From Octopus sinensis (lineage: Eukaryota), in contig NW_021833102.1 of assembly GCF_006345805.1 (NCBI RefSeq), forward strand, positions 1-64,000: a DNA stretch of 64,000 bases. Direction: 5' to 3'. A model generated the notes under the pieces. The model did no database searches. It saw only the letters and a program-made list of their open reading frames with translations, and was not told the DNA's origin. This document shows positions 27,921 through 41,989 of this stretch, one piece after another. A program made the translations under genes and the position numbers. Each line of letters opens with the position of its first letter. Position 1 is the first letter of the stretch.

Positions 27921-29549
27921 TTATATATATCTGATATATCTTTATAAATATATATATATATATATATATACCAATCTATCTTCTTCGAGCACATCGTCAG
28001 CAGCACTTATTCTTTCTAAGCCTAGTATTTATTCTAACTTATTCTTTTCTGCCGAGCCGCTGAAATACAGGGAGAAAACACACCACATCGTTTGAAAAAT
28101 CTACTATAGCCCCGAGCGACCAAAGCCTTGTGATTGGATTTGGTGGAAGGAAACTGGAAAACTCCAGTCATATATATGTTTATGTGCATGTGTGTCTTTG
28201 TTCCCAAACATTGCTACACAACGGATATTAGTCTGTTTACGTCCCCATAACTTAGAGGTTCAGCGAAAGAGACTGATAGAATAAGCACTAGGCCTACAAT
28301 GAATAAGTCCTGGGGTCGGTATGCTCGACTAAAGGTCGTGCTCCAACATGGCCACAGTCAAATGACTGAAACAAATGAGAGTAAAAGAGTAAATAACGAG
28401 AAAAGTCCATGTTCACTAGGGAGATAGCAGAAAATATCTCCTAGAGTTACTTCCCTAACGTCATATAATACGTTTCATGTTGTAATATCTGTAATAAAGT
28501 AATAATGACACTCGAAGGGCACACGAGAATGCATTCACGTAATATCACACATGTAGATGCAAGTTTTCTTAATAAAACGGAAAGAACTCACATTCCATCC
28601 CTTAGCTTCTTTTTTGTTTTAGACACTACATATACGTGCGTGGGTATATACACGTATATCTGTATGTGTATGTCTGGGTAAAACAGACTTCGCGGTTGGG
28701 TCCACAGCCGATGCGACAACCTTGGGTATGTGTGGACTGTGCTCACACACGAACAAATACCCACACTTCCGCACTCATGCACATAGATACATGCAAAGCT
28801 ATTTTATGTTTTCAATAAGTTGTGCCCTTCGAGTGCGAACAAAACGCGCACAAACACACACGCACACATTTAAACATATACGATGGTATTTTATCAGTTT
28901 CCTTCCACTAAATCCAATCACAAGGATTAGGTCGGCCTTGGGTACAGTAGTGTTTGTTGTAGCTGTAATTGTCGCACACACAAACGAATAAAACACTCGC
29001 TCACACACACGTACACACAGAAATAAAAACATTCACACAAACACAGACACTTAAATGAAAATAGCAACACACACACATATAAAAAGTCCCACGCACACAA
29101 ACACTGAAAAAAAAATTCTCACAAAAACACTCACATACACACAAAGACAAACACCAAATAAAATACAGATACATATCACACACTCAAACACGCGGACAAC
29201 ACAGAAATGAAAACAGTTACATACCTACACATGCACAAACACAGACACACACAAATACAAATGGAAAATACGGTAACACATCAAACTCTCACACACTAAC
29301 ATACGGACAAACACACACACACACACACCGAAATGAAAACGCAGTTACACACTCACACATAAAACCCTAACCGTAACTAGCACAAACATACAACTTATTC
29401 AGAATGTAGAGGGGCATGGGTGCTTTGCACACTCGCAGTTAGAATATCAGCTCCTCCACGCCCTATATTAGAATTTCTTGTCATCCACTTGTGAAATTAA
29501 TACATTGACGACACATGGGAAAATATGAGCAACATCTGAAGCCACTAAG

Positions 29550-30215
29550 GTGCAATAAATTGAACTTATTTTGATTTAGTATTTAGTGATCTCAAAAGTG
29601 GATATCTTACAAATGGTCAAGTGTTTGTTGTAGTTGTAAGTGTCGCACACACAAACACAATAGAAACACTCAGTCGCGCTCACACACTCACTCGCGCACA
29701 CAGAATAAAAACACCTCACACACAAACACTGAAATGAAAATACCCACACTCACATAAATAAAAACAGCCCACACACACAAGGAGCCCCAATAGGTATATC
29801 AAAAAAATTCTAGTATTTTTTCCTAGCCCATAATTTATGATAATTGAAATTCTTACAATGATAAATACCTACTAAATCAGTATATCGAACATTACGTCCC
29901 CGTAACTTATCGGTTCTGCAAAAGACCTATACATTAATTAACTCTCGGAAGGGAGATAACTAGATAACATCTTCCAGAGTTACTTTCCTTACATATAATT
30001 AATATACTTTTAATAAATTATAATGAGCAAGAAGTAACTTTCGAATATATATTCAGACATGACATAGATTTTACGATTTTTTTTGGAGTTTAACTGCTCT
30101 CTCTAGTGAGTCGGATGTCCCATTAATTACGGCCATCCCATATATGTTTAAATATCTATACGTAATATACATATATCTGTCAATATATACTATGTCTCTC
30201 TCTCTCTCCTCTCTC

Positions 30216-30268
<53 letters not shown>

Positions 30269-30801
30269 ACACACACCTAATCTATATACAACGGGCTACT
30301 TTCTGTTCGGTGTACCAAATCTACTCAGAAACGTTGGTCTGTCCGTGCTATATTGGAAGACACTTCCCATGGCCACGTAGTTGGACTGAACCAAAACACC
30401 GTGTTTGGAAAGCAGCTACGTAGCCACTCTTACTGCTACATTATATATATATAAATATAATATATAATATATATACATATATATACACCCAGTCTTCTTT
30501 TAGTTTCCGTCTCCCAAATCCACTCACAAGGCTTTGGTCGGCCCGAGACTATAGTAGAAGACATTTGCCCAACATGCCACCCAGTGGGACTGAACTCGAA
30601 AACATTTGTTAGGTAAGCAAGCTAATTCTCATTCAGAGACACTACTGTTTGTTAACCGGACAAGTTCAAGTCGAGACCTTAATTTGGTCTGTCCCGAGGC
30701 TATATTGGAAGACACTTGCCCATGGGCCACGTATTGGACAGAACCAGAAACACCGTGTTTGGAAGCAACCTACGTAGCCACTTTACTGCTACATATACAT
30801 G

Positions 30802-30853
<52 letters not shown>

Positions 30854-32698
30854 CATATATCGACATACGACTCTTCTTTTAGTTTCCATCTCCCAAATCC
30901 ACTCACAAGGCTTTGGTCGGCCCGAGACTATAGTAGAAGACATTTGCCCAACATGCCACCCAGTGGGACTGAACTCGATAACATTTGTTAGGTAAGCAAG
31001 CTAATTCCCATTCAGACACTACTGTTTGTTAACCGGACAAGTTCAAGGCGAGACCTAATTGTTTGTATGCAAATGAGTTCATTAATGTGATCCGGAACTT
31101 TCACGGCTGGTTCTTATGAGACAATGCAACCAGCTTGGGTATAGGTGGACTGTGCTCACACACGCACAAATACTCACACGTCCGCACAAACGAATATAGA
31201 TACATGCAAAGACGCAATCTCGTACCTATTTATGTTTTAAATATGTTGACCTTAAAACTGAGACATTCTGGAAACACACGTCCGCACCCAGGCACATAGA
31301 TATATGCATATACGCAAACTCGTAGCTATTTATGTTTTAAACATGTTGACCTTTAAACCGTGACATTCTGTGTCTGTTTGTGCGCGCATTTCTGTGAGAA
31401 TGATTGCTCACGAACCGCAATGTGCTGAGTTCAAACCAACAGCGTTGCACCTTCGGCAAGTGTATTCGACTATAGCCTAGGGCCGACCAATGTATTCTGA
31501 GTGGAGTTTGTAGAGGGAAACTGAAAGAAGCCGTCGTATACATGAATATCGACGTATGAATGGCTATGTTGTAAGTAGTTTGCTTACGAACCACATGGCT
31601 TCGGGTTCATTCCCACTGCCTGTCATCTTCTGCAATTGTCTACTATTGTAGCCCAGGGCCTAGCTAATCCTTGTGATGGGATTTAGTGGAACAAAACTGA
31701 CAGAATCTCGTCGTACATATGTTTAAATGTGTGTGTGTGTGTTTGTTTGCACCCGAAGGGCACAGGAGAATGCACGCACGCACGTACTATCACACATACA
31801 GATGCAAGTTTTCTTAATAAAACGGAAAGAACTCCCATTCCATCCCTTACAGTTTCTTTTTTGTTTTAGATACTACATATACGTGTGTTGGTATATTCAC
31901 ATATATCTGTATGTGTATATATATAAATATATAAATATATATAAATATATATATTATATATATACGACGCAATATACGACATATAAATACACAAACACAT
32001 ACATGTGTGTGTGTGTGTGTGTGCGTGTATATATATAAATGTGCAATAAATTAAACTTATTTTGATTTAGTATTTAGTGATCTCAAATGTAGGTATCTTA
32101 CAAATGGTCAAAGTGTTTGTTGTAGTTGTAAGTGTCGCACACACACAAACAAATAGAAACACTCAGTCGCTCACACACAAACACTGAAATGAAAATACCC
32201 ACACTCATATAAATAAAAACAGTCCCACACACACAAGGAGCCCCAATAGGTATATCAAAAAAGTTTCTAGTATTATTCCTAGCCCATAATTTATGATAAT
32301 TGAAATTCTTACAATGAATAAATACCTACTAAATCAGTATATCGAACATTACGTCCCCGTAACTTATCGGTTCTGCAAAAGAGACCTATACATTAAGTAA
32401 TAGGCATACAAAGAATAATTCCTGGGGTTGATTTGCTTCACTAAAGGCAGTGCTCCACGATGGTCACAGTGAAATAACTGAAACAGTCTAAGGGAGATAA
32501 CTACAAAGTATCTTCTACAGTTACTTCCCTTGAATATTATAATTTAACAATAAAAAAATATGACGGGAGATTAACTCGCGGAAGGGAGATAACTACAATA
32601 TCCTTCCAGAGTTACTTTCCTTACATACAATTATATTACTTTTAATAAATTATAATGAGCAAGAGGAGGTAACTTTCGAATATATTATTCAGACATGG

Positions 32699-32749
<51 letters not shown>

Positions 32750-34027
32750 ATATACACACACCTATCTATATACCACGGGCTACTTTCTGTTTCGGTGTAC
32801 CAAATCTACTCAGAAACGTTGGTCTGTCCGAGGCTATATTGGAAGACACTTGCCCATGGGGCCACATAGTTGGACAGAACCAGAAACACCGTGTTTGGAA
32901 AGCAAGCTAGATAGCCACTCTTACTGCTACATATATATTTATATATATATATATATACATACGACAGTCTTCTTTTAGTTTCCGTCTCCCAAATCCACTC
33001 ACAAGGCTTTGATCGTCCCGAGACTATAGTAGAAGACATTTGCCCAACATGCCACCCAGTGGGACTGAACACGGAAACATTTGTTAGGTAAGCAAGCTAA
33101 TTCCCATTCAGACACTACTGTTTGTTAACCGGACAAGTTCAAGGCGAGACCTAATTGTTTGTATGCAAATGAGTTCATTAATGTGGTCCGGACTTTCATG
33201 GCTGGTTCTTATGAGACAATGCAACCAGCTTGGGTATAGTGGACTGTGCTCACACACGCACAAACTCTCACACGTCCCACACCCACGAATATAGATACAT
33301 GCAAGACGCAATCTCGTACCTATTTATGTTTTAAATATGTTGACCTTAAAACTGAGACATTCTGGAAACACACGTCCGCACCCAGGCACAAAGATACATC
33401 CATATACGCAAACTCGTAGCTATTTATGTTTTAAAAATGTTGACCTTTAAACCGTGACATTCTGTGTCTGTTTGTGCGCGCATTTCTGTGAGAATGATTG
33501 CTCACGAACCGCAATGTGCTGAGTTCAAACCAACAGCGTTGCACCTTCGGCAAGTGTATTCGACTATAGCCTAGGGCCGACCAATGTTTTCTGAGTGGAG
33601 TTTGTAGAGGGAAACTGAAATAGCCGTCGTATACATGAATATCGACGTATGAATGGCTATGTTGTAAGTAGTTTGCTTACGAACCACATGGTTTCGGGTT
33701 CATTCCGACTGCCTGTCATCTTCTGCAATTGTCTACTATTGTAGCCCAGGGCCTAGCTAATCCTTGTGATGGGATTTAGTGGAACAAAACTGACAGAATC
33801 TCGTCGTACATATATTTAAATATGTGTGTGTGTGTGTGTGTGTTTGTTTGCACTCGAAGGGCACACGAGAATGCACGCACGCACGTACTATCACACATAC
33901 AGATGCAAGTTTTCTTAATAAAACGGAAAGAACTCCCATTCCATCCCTTACAGTTTCTTTTTTGTTTTAGATACTACATATACGTGTGTTGGTATATTCA
34001 CGTATATCTGTATGTGTATATATATAT

Positions 34028-34059
<32 letters not shown>

Positions 34060-34089
34060 AAATATATATAAATATATATAAATATATAA

Positions 34090-34123
<34 letters not shown>

Positions 34124-35154
34124 CGACGCAATATACGACATAAATACACAAACACATACATTGTGTGTGTGTGTGTGTGCGTGCGTGTATATATAGATAA
34201 TGTGCAATAAATTAAACTTATTTTGATTTAGTATTTAGTGATCTCAAATGTGGGTATCTTACAAATGGTCAAAGTGTTTGTTGTAGTTGTAAATGTCGCA
34301 CACACACAAACAAATAGAAACACTCAGTCGCTCACACACACTCGCGCATGCAGAAATAAAAACACTCTCACACACAAACACTGAAATGAAAATACCCACA
34401 CTCACATAAATAAAAACAGTCCCACACACACAGGAGCCCCAATAGTATATCAAAAAAGTTTCTAGTTTTTCCTAGCCCATAATTTATGATAATTGAAATT
34501 CTTACAATAAATAAATACCTACTAAATCAGTATATCGAACATTACGTCCCCGTAACTTTTCGGTTCTGCAAAAGAGACCTATGCATTAAGTAATAGGCAT
34601 ACAAAGAATAATTCCTGGGGTTGATTTGCTTCACTAAAGGCGGTGCTCCACCATGGTCACAGTGAAATAACTGAAATAGTCTAAGAGCGACAAAGTGTAT
34701 ATTACGATAACTACATACTTAAGGGAGATAACTACAAAGTATCTTCTACAGTTACTTCTCTTGAATATTATAATTTAACAATAAAAAAATATGAAGGGAA
34801 ATTAACTCTCGGAAGGGAGATGACTAGATAACATCTTCCAGAGTTACTTTCCTTACATATAATTATATTACTTTTAATAAATTATAATGAGCAAGATAAC
34901 TGCTCTCTCTAGTGAGTCGGATGTCCCATTATGGCCATCCCATATATGTTTAAAATCTATATGTATATACATATATCTATCAATATATACCTATGTCTCT
35001 CTCTCTATATATATATTATATATGTATAGTATATATTTATATATATATATAATATATATATACTTTATTTTATGCAGCAGAAAATTCAGTACTCTTTTTC
35101 CACCTTGTTTCACACATTTACGTGTTTACTCCGGTATATATATATTATATTATA

Positions 35155-35192
<38 letters not shown>

Positions 35193-35355
35193 ATCTATAT
35201 AACACGGGCTACTTTCTGTTTCGGTGTACAAAATCTACTCAGAAACGTTGGTCTGTCTGAGGCTATATTGGAAACACTTGCCCATGGGGCCACGCAGTTG
35301 GACTGAACCAGAAACACCGTGTTTGGAAAGCAAGCTACATAGCCACTCTTACTGC

Positions 35356-35398
<43 letters not shown>

Positions 35399-35945
35399 GA
35401 CAGTCTTTTTAGTTTCCGTCTCCCAAATCCACTCACAAGGCTTTGGTCGTCCCGAGACTATAGTAGAGACATTTGCCCAACATGCCACCCAGTGGGACTG
35501 AACTCGGAAACATTTGTTAGGTAAGCAAGCTAATTCCCATTCAGAACACTACTGTTTGTTAACCGACAAGTTCAAGTCGAGCCCTAATTGTTTGTATGCA
35601 AATGCGTTCATTAATGTGGTCCGGAACTTTCACGGCTGTTTCTTATGAGACGATGCAACCAGCTTGGGTATAGTGGAACTGTGCTCACACACGCACAAAC
35701 ACTCACACGTCCACACCCACGATATAGATACATGTAAAGACGCAATCTCGTACCTATTTATGTTTTAATATGTTGACTTTAAAACTGAGACATTCTGAAA
35801 CACGTCCGCACTCATGCACATAGATACATGCATATACGCAAACTCGTAGCTATTTGTTTTAAACATGTTGACTTTAAACCATGACATTCTTTGTCTGTTT
35901 GTTGCACGCATTTCTGTGAGAATGATTGATCACGAACCGTAAATT
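29550..35945. repeat. Tandem array of a ~2.45-kb composite unit, ~2.6 copies
   Basis: The marker ACGGGCTACTTTCTGT(T)TCGGTGTAC occurs at ~30291, ~32775 and ~35203. Units consist of SINE pieces on both strands, module B and microsatellites. Confidence 0.88.
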
Positions 35946-36037
35946 TTGAGTCAATCCGACGGGATGTAGTGGTCTTTAAACCGTTCCAGACAAACAAACA
36001 AACAAACTTTTCGCATTTCAGTTTTATAAATAGATAA

Positions 36038-36082
<45 letters not shown>

Positions 36083-36085
36083 TGC

Positions 36086-36269
36086 TAGGCGTAGGAGCGG
36101 CTTTGTGATAAGTAGCTGCTTACGAACCACTGTGTTCTGGGTTCAGTCCCACTGCGTGGAACCTTGGACAAGTGTCTTCACTATAGCCTCGGGGTGACCA
36201 AGCCTTGTGAATAGATTTCGTAGACGGAACTAAATGAAGCCCATCGTGTGTGTATACATATATATATAT

Positions 36270-36300
<31 letters not shown>

Positions 36301-36515
36301 CATACATACATATATATATATATATACATATACGTTTGTATGCCTCTTTATCCATCGAACAGTGCTTGACAAACGATGCTGCTGTTTTCACGCACCCGTA
36401 ACTGAACGGTTCGGCAAAAGAGAATAGGTCCTGGGCTCTATTTCTTTGACTGAAGGCGGTGCTCCAACATGGCCGCAGTCAAATACTGAAAGTAGCAAAA
36501 GTGAGTGAAAGAGTA
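36086..36515 (+). mobile_element. Near full-length tRNA-derived SINE with expanded internal (TA) tract
   Basis: Same head and tail as 25284-25620. Confidence 0.82.
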
Positions 36516-36601
36516 ATTAGCGAAAACAGTGTATATTCTGTTGTGTCTGGGGATAGTCTTTCTCTTTTAGTGCCTTATTATTAAATACACACTCACCAGT
36601 A

Positions 36602-37040
36602 AAAATTCAAGGAGTGATATTAGTAGAGGCCAGAGCCCATGGAGAACTAGCCCGTAGATTTAGAAAAGCTCTGAAAGAGACCAAACTCAACATTAAAATT
36701 GTTGAAAAGCCAGGAAACTCCGTCAGGTCACAATTATGAAGGACATGCCCGTTTAAGAATACCATATGCACAATTGATAACTGCATGGCATGTAGAATTA
36801 GCCCTGGTATTAACTGTAGAACTCGAAATGTATTTACAATATAAGATGCATAGAAGGTGCTTGTAAGGACATGAACATGATGTACATAGAAGAGACGTCT
36901 AAGAGCATTGCGGAACGGATAAATGAACATTTAAGACAACTTGACGACAGAAAACAGTCTTCTATACTCTACCAACATGCCAAAGACCACCATGGAGATA
37001 ACTTGGATCAACCTGACATCCGCATCTTATCCAAGCACCC
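36602..37040 (+). mobile_element. Penelope-like element 3' fragment: Cys-rich linker plus GIY-YIG endonuclease, disabled
   Basis: Manual translation: KIVEKPGNSVRSQL*RTCPFKNTICTIDNCMACRISPGINCRTRNV, then a frameshift, then YNIRCIEGACKDMNMMYIEETSKSIAERINEHLR...ILYQHAKDHH. This is a GIY-YIG pattern with G>E in YIG. Confidence 0.8.
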
Positions 37041-37969
37041 CCCCCATCCCTGCTTTTCAATGCTAAACCCGATATAAAACAGTCATCACACTATAAATAA
37101 ACCTGTTCAATCTCTACTCTCCTCATCACACCCCAAATCCCAACCTCTAGTTCAAACTTTGATCTCTTACTTGACTATTCTCTCTAAAAAACCTTCACAA
37201 ATCCTCAAGCTGACCCTAATATAGACTAAACTCTGAAACCAATCCTAACAGTAAACCCCACCAAAATAAAAAGAAAGACCACTTACCTTTGGCCATTTGG
37301 GATCTATAATACAAGGCATGATATGCAAACAACAAGCAAAAATCAACCAACATTTGAAAGTCAAGTTTTTATCTGTGTCGAATCATGATATACCTTGTTT
37401 TAATAATACAGTTGTCCTTACATTTACACAGTACATTGCTTCCACAATCATCAAACTAATCATTCTGATGCGAAATCAATTGTTTTTATTTATAATAGAA
37501 ACAAATTAATTATTGAAATTAATATAAGAAATAACAATTAACGTGTATGTTGTGTCATCACATCATTTAACCTTCGTTTTCATGTTGTCATGGGTTGGGA
37601 CTATTTCACAATATCTGAGATGATTACTACACGTACATCTAATGTCTGTTTTCACATGGTTTCTATGTCTGAGAAAAGTTTTGGTAACACTGACACTAGT
37701 AAAATTAAAAAGTAAATTTCAAGGATGAGTGGACTGCTAGTAGTGAGAGAGGTGGCTTCATCCTAACCTGTAGTATGATAGAGAGACAGGCAGAGGTGTG
37801 TCGCTGTAGAGAAAGTAAATGGCTACCCTGCATATATGTATGTATGTATATAGGTAGACATCGATTAGAGCGCTTTCTCATTGCTAATATGTTAACATAT
37901 GCCTGATGTGTGCTTTAAAAATAAAGTGCTTGCACTGGCACTAATTTCTTCAGATGATGAAAATCACGG

Positions 37970-38130
37970 AGAGGATCATAGCCCAACTTATTAGGAAAAG
38001 ACTTAATCTAGATGAGATGCAATTTGGTTTTGTATCAGGAAGAAACCCAGTCATGATATATTTCTGGTAAGAAACCCCAGGAGAAGTACCTAACCAAGTA
38101 TAAACCTATGTACTTGACTTTTGTTGGTAT
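37970..38130 (+). mobile_element. Old RTE-clade RT fragment
   Basis: Reads roughly RIIAQLIRKRLNLDEMQFGFV...EKYLTKYKPMYLTFV, homologous to the RT in ORF 49448-50293. Confidence 0.75.
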
Positions 38131-38199
38131 CATAATCATTCAGGTAATAACAGATAATATAAAACAGGCAGACCCTAGCAACTCCTCTATGCTGATTAC

Positions 38200-40135
38200 A
38201 GGATTACAACTAAACACACATATATTACAATTTATTACATTACATTCAATTCGCCATATATTATTCATTTTATTATCCATCATCTTTCCCTTCACATTTC
38301 AGGTATACTGAAGACCCTTTACTCATTGCTTCAGACTGCATAAAATATTGGTGAAAGCAAACAGTTGTCAGACTTATTTATGACAAAAAGCGAGTCAGTA
38401 TGACCAACGTACCCTGTCCTGCACCTGATTGTGCCATGAGTTGGCCTGTAAACAATCCATGGGAGAGAGTACTGACAAGCCTCATCGATCATCTGCAACA
38501 ATGACACAGAATGTATGCACCTGCCACCTACAACAAATACAACCCCCTCCTCCAACTACACTACCATTCCCAGCCACTGAGGAAAAACGTTGTCGCCTGA
38601 GGAAGTAGCTGCTACAATACTACAGCTCCAGCACATTCAACGTCTGCAACCATCGGCAATTCTCCAAGATGTCTGACCAACGATCCGCTTAATGCTAAAC
38701 CAGTCGCCCACCATAGCCCATACCAGTCCTGGTTCATTGGCAAGAGGAAGTAAAAGCAGGTCTCGACCGGAATGTTCCACTTGGAGTTATCAAGCCTATT
38801 CCCATTGGTACATCTGTCAATTGGTGACAGACAATGGTGGTATGTCCTAACAGGTCTGGAAAACCATCTTAAAGGAGCATCGAATGGCGCACAGGCACTT
38901 AACACTGCCTATCAGCTATGAGCTGACATTGTACCTTCTTCCACAATTGGGGAGAATCACCGCCATTGCATTTCCCCATGACAACTGCCGCGCCAAAGTC
39001 GGTATTGAGACAATAAAGGGCCTCGTTACAGACAACACTGACACCAATGGCTTCCTTAACACTGACAGTTTCCAGTGCACAATGCTACAATAAAGAAATA
39101 CACACCTGACTGGGACACACACTTGTCCCCAGCCATGTGCATCTTTGGCAGCCCTATACAATACTTTATTCCCATCCATCCCGGCAAGTACAAGCTACAT
39201 TCCACATGGCATGAAACTATGACTTATTGAAAAGAAGACCTGCGTAAACACAACATGAGTGCTACTGAACGGTGTCAAAACACACATGCTCACTTCTTTC
39301 GAACTATGTCCTAATCCAGAGCCAAGTTTGACCCAATCCTACAAATGGGGGGGAAAACTGGTGCCATTTAGATGTACGTCATTTCGATCTGTACATGTTG
39401 AGAGTGGATGGATCAGGCCAAGTCACACTGTGCAACAAATTCCTCTGGAAGTATCTACTGCTTCTTCCCCATGGCCCACTGCTCATGGTGTCTGGACCAC
39501 ATGCGTTCCCTACGCCAACACCAGTGATGAGACTACCTTCTCAACCGACTTTAACAGCACCTCATGCAGCTGCAACACCAATGCCCACTTCCCGATTCCA
39601 AATTACCATGACCAGAAAAGCATCTCACCGCCTACCCACAGAGCCACGCCAACTTACCCCACCTTTACCACAAGTGGTCATACCCCAACACCCCTTGAAA
39701 CCCCTGCTTTCCAAAAGTGACCCTTGCCTGATGCAGTTTATCCTCCATCCAGCAATTGTCCTGTTTGTCGCTCTGCCAGACTCGCAAAGACTGACACAAA
39801 AGCCTGATGCACAACTGACACGTTGCTCCTTGATCGTCACACCGTCAATATTGATTAAGGGTCTCTTGCACTAATTATTATTTTCGTTAATCATTTAATA
39901 CATATTATTAGTCTTCTTTGCTTCTCTCAAAGGAATTGGGGAGGGCATAGAGGATGACAACTGAACACTCATATATTATCATTTATTACATTACATTCAA
40001 TTAGCCATACATTATTAGTTTCATTATCCAAATTTTTCCTTCACGTTTCATGTATACCGAGGACCTTCTTTTTCATTGCTTCAATCAGTGTACATAAAGT
40101 GTTTGTGAAAGCAAAGAGTTTTCACACTTATTTAC
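38200..40135 (+). mobile_element. Internally deleted Gypsy-type LTR retrotransposon with diverged LTR-like direct repeats
   Basis: ~180-bp direct repeats at 38201-38380 and 39952-40134, with a purine tract just before the right copy. Inside are a gag-like start MTNVPCPAPDC (38400), an RT N-terminal segment VHWQEEVKAGLDRNVPLGVIKPIP, and an integrase segment [25 protein letters not shown]. Confidence 0.7.
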
Positions 40136-40194
40136 TAATGAGCTTCTTCTTATAGCTAAATCACTACCAGAACTAGAGAACAAATTGTGCGTAC

Positions 40195-40995
40195 GGAAGC
40201 AAGGTCTAGAATTGAAAGGTCACAGAATTAACCTACCCAACCCTAACACAAAGTCTTAGTAAGTAGGAAAACAGATAAATCGTAAAGCCCTTCAGGTACA
40301 TGGCCATCCTCAATATGGAAACAGGTAGGTAGATGTACTCTGTATAACACATAATAGGGTAGCAATATCAGAGGAAGGTAAACTGGGAAAATATTTTTTG
40401 CATGTGGAAGGTGCACATGTACAGTAAACACTAAAAGTGTACAGAAAATGGGCTTCATCAAATACCAGAGGAGTACGATAAAGATTGTTGAGCAACAAAG
40501 TCAGTAGCAGAGGTGGATGAACCAAGAGTAGGCTGCAAGAATAAAAATAGGCTGAGCAAATTCAGAGAGCTCCTTCCTCTGTTTAGTAACTAAGGGTCTC
40601 TCCTTCAGAGTGAAAGCCAGATTTATTATACCTGTGCAGACAACTATGCTACATGGCAGAAGAAGTAGACATAAGAAGGCATTGGACAAGGTGGTAATGC
40701 ATGATCTTTGACTGTTGGAACTTATAAAGGCAATGACTAATGACTGACACCTTTCATGACATGCCGTGCCTTAGAAGACAATATATTGTAATTAATTTCC
40801 CATCAATTAATTTTTTCACAACCCCCCCCTGCCCACAACACTCATGGAGTGCTTGATGTTAAGAGGGCATCCAGCCATAGAAACAATGACAAATCAAGAC
40901 TGGAGTCTGCTGCAGACCCTCAGCTTACAGCCCTGATGAAACTGTCCAACCCAAGCCAGCATAGAAATGGACATTAAATGATGATGAGATGATGA
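40195..40995 (+). mobile_element. Old RTE-clade LINE 3' remnant with (ATG)n-like tail
   Basis: Degenerate match to the post-RT Cys-rich region of the RTE at 55626-56717. Ends CATAGAAATGGACATTAAATGATGATG. Confidence 0.7.
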
Positions 40996-41989
40996 GGACA
41001 ATTCTTTTTGTAAAACTTTTGCATTTGATGCTGAACATCTAGTTTAAAGTTAATTTTATACATTGAATTTTCATTTCCAGTGAAATCAATTTTAATATTT
41101 CAAATTCAAAAATATTTAACAAAATATAATGAGAAACTGAAGCAAGTACTACTTCTATATTTGTAAAATCAAAAAGAAACAAATAGAGAAAATGAGCAAA
41201 ATTGTGCAAAAGTGAACTAAGAAACAGAATACTGTGTAAGGCAAGAGACAACTGTATTTTATGATACAATATTGCATAAACACAAAAAAAGAAACTATTG
41301 CAGAGGAATTAAACTGAAACAGATATCAACATGACACACACAACCCATGCTAGTATGGATAAAATGATTAGATATTTCTGTCGAGAGAAAATTCAGTGAC
41401 AATCTTATGCAACCAACAATAACCTCAAACTTATCAGATTATTGTAGATGAGCAACAACTCAAGAAACCTGTCAAAATTCTATGTTCTTACAATGAATTA
41501 ATTGCAAGTATTTAAGTATGTAGACAACATAATTTCATGTTTTATATGCATCAATACATGTGTAAAAATAAGTCTCATATCTACGTTCATTTTTCCATCC
41601 TAGCATGAGTTTGAAAAATATAAGATTTAATAGTTGGGTAACATTGTCGTAGCTAATGCTAATTTTCTACTAAAGGTTTTCTTTTTTCTTTCAAAGTGCA
41701 GTTCTAACAAATGATACATTTGTACACAAACATGACAAAAGTAAATAGATACCCATTAACACATTGTTTTTATGGTTATTATAACTTGAAGAGGTTTATA
41801 TTTTTTTTATTATTGACATTTATATGTTTCAGGTTCTATGTAACTGTTTAATCATGCCATGTACAAAAGAAGCCTTAAAAATGTCCAATTTACAAAGAGG
41901 CCATATGCTGCGCCTATTTCAAGGCTGACTTAGCCTAAAACCACAAAAAACATTGTGATTCCACTTTCTACAGTAAATAGAGTAATATT

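Noticed and set aside
39259-39874. Overlapping 153-aa and 159-aa ORFs
   Set aside because: They lie in the decayed post-integrase part of the Gypsy remnant and show no recognisable host domain.
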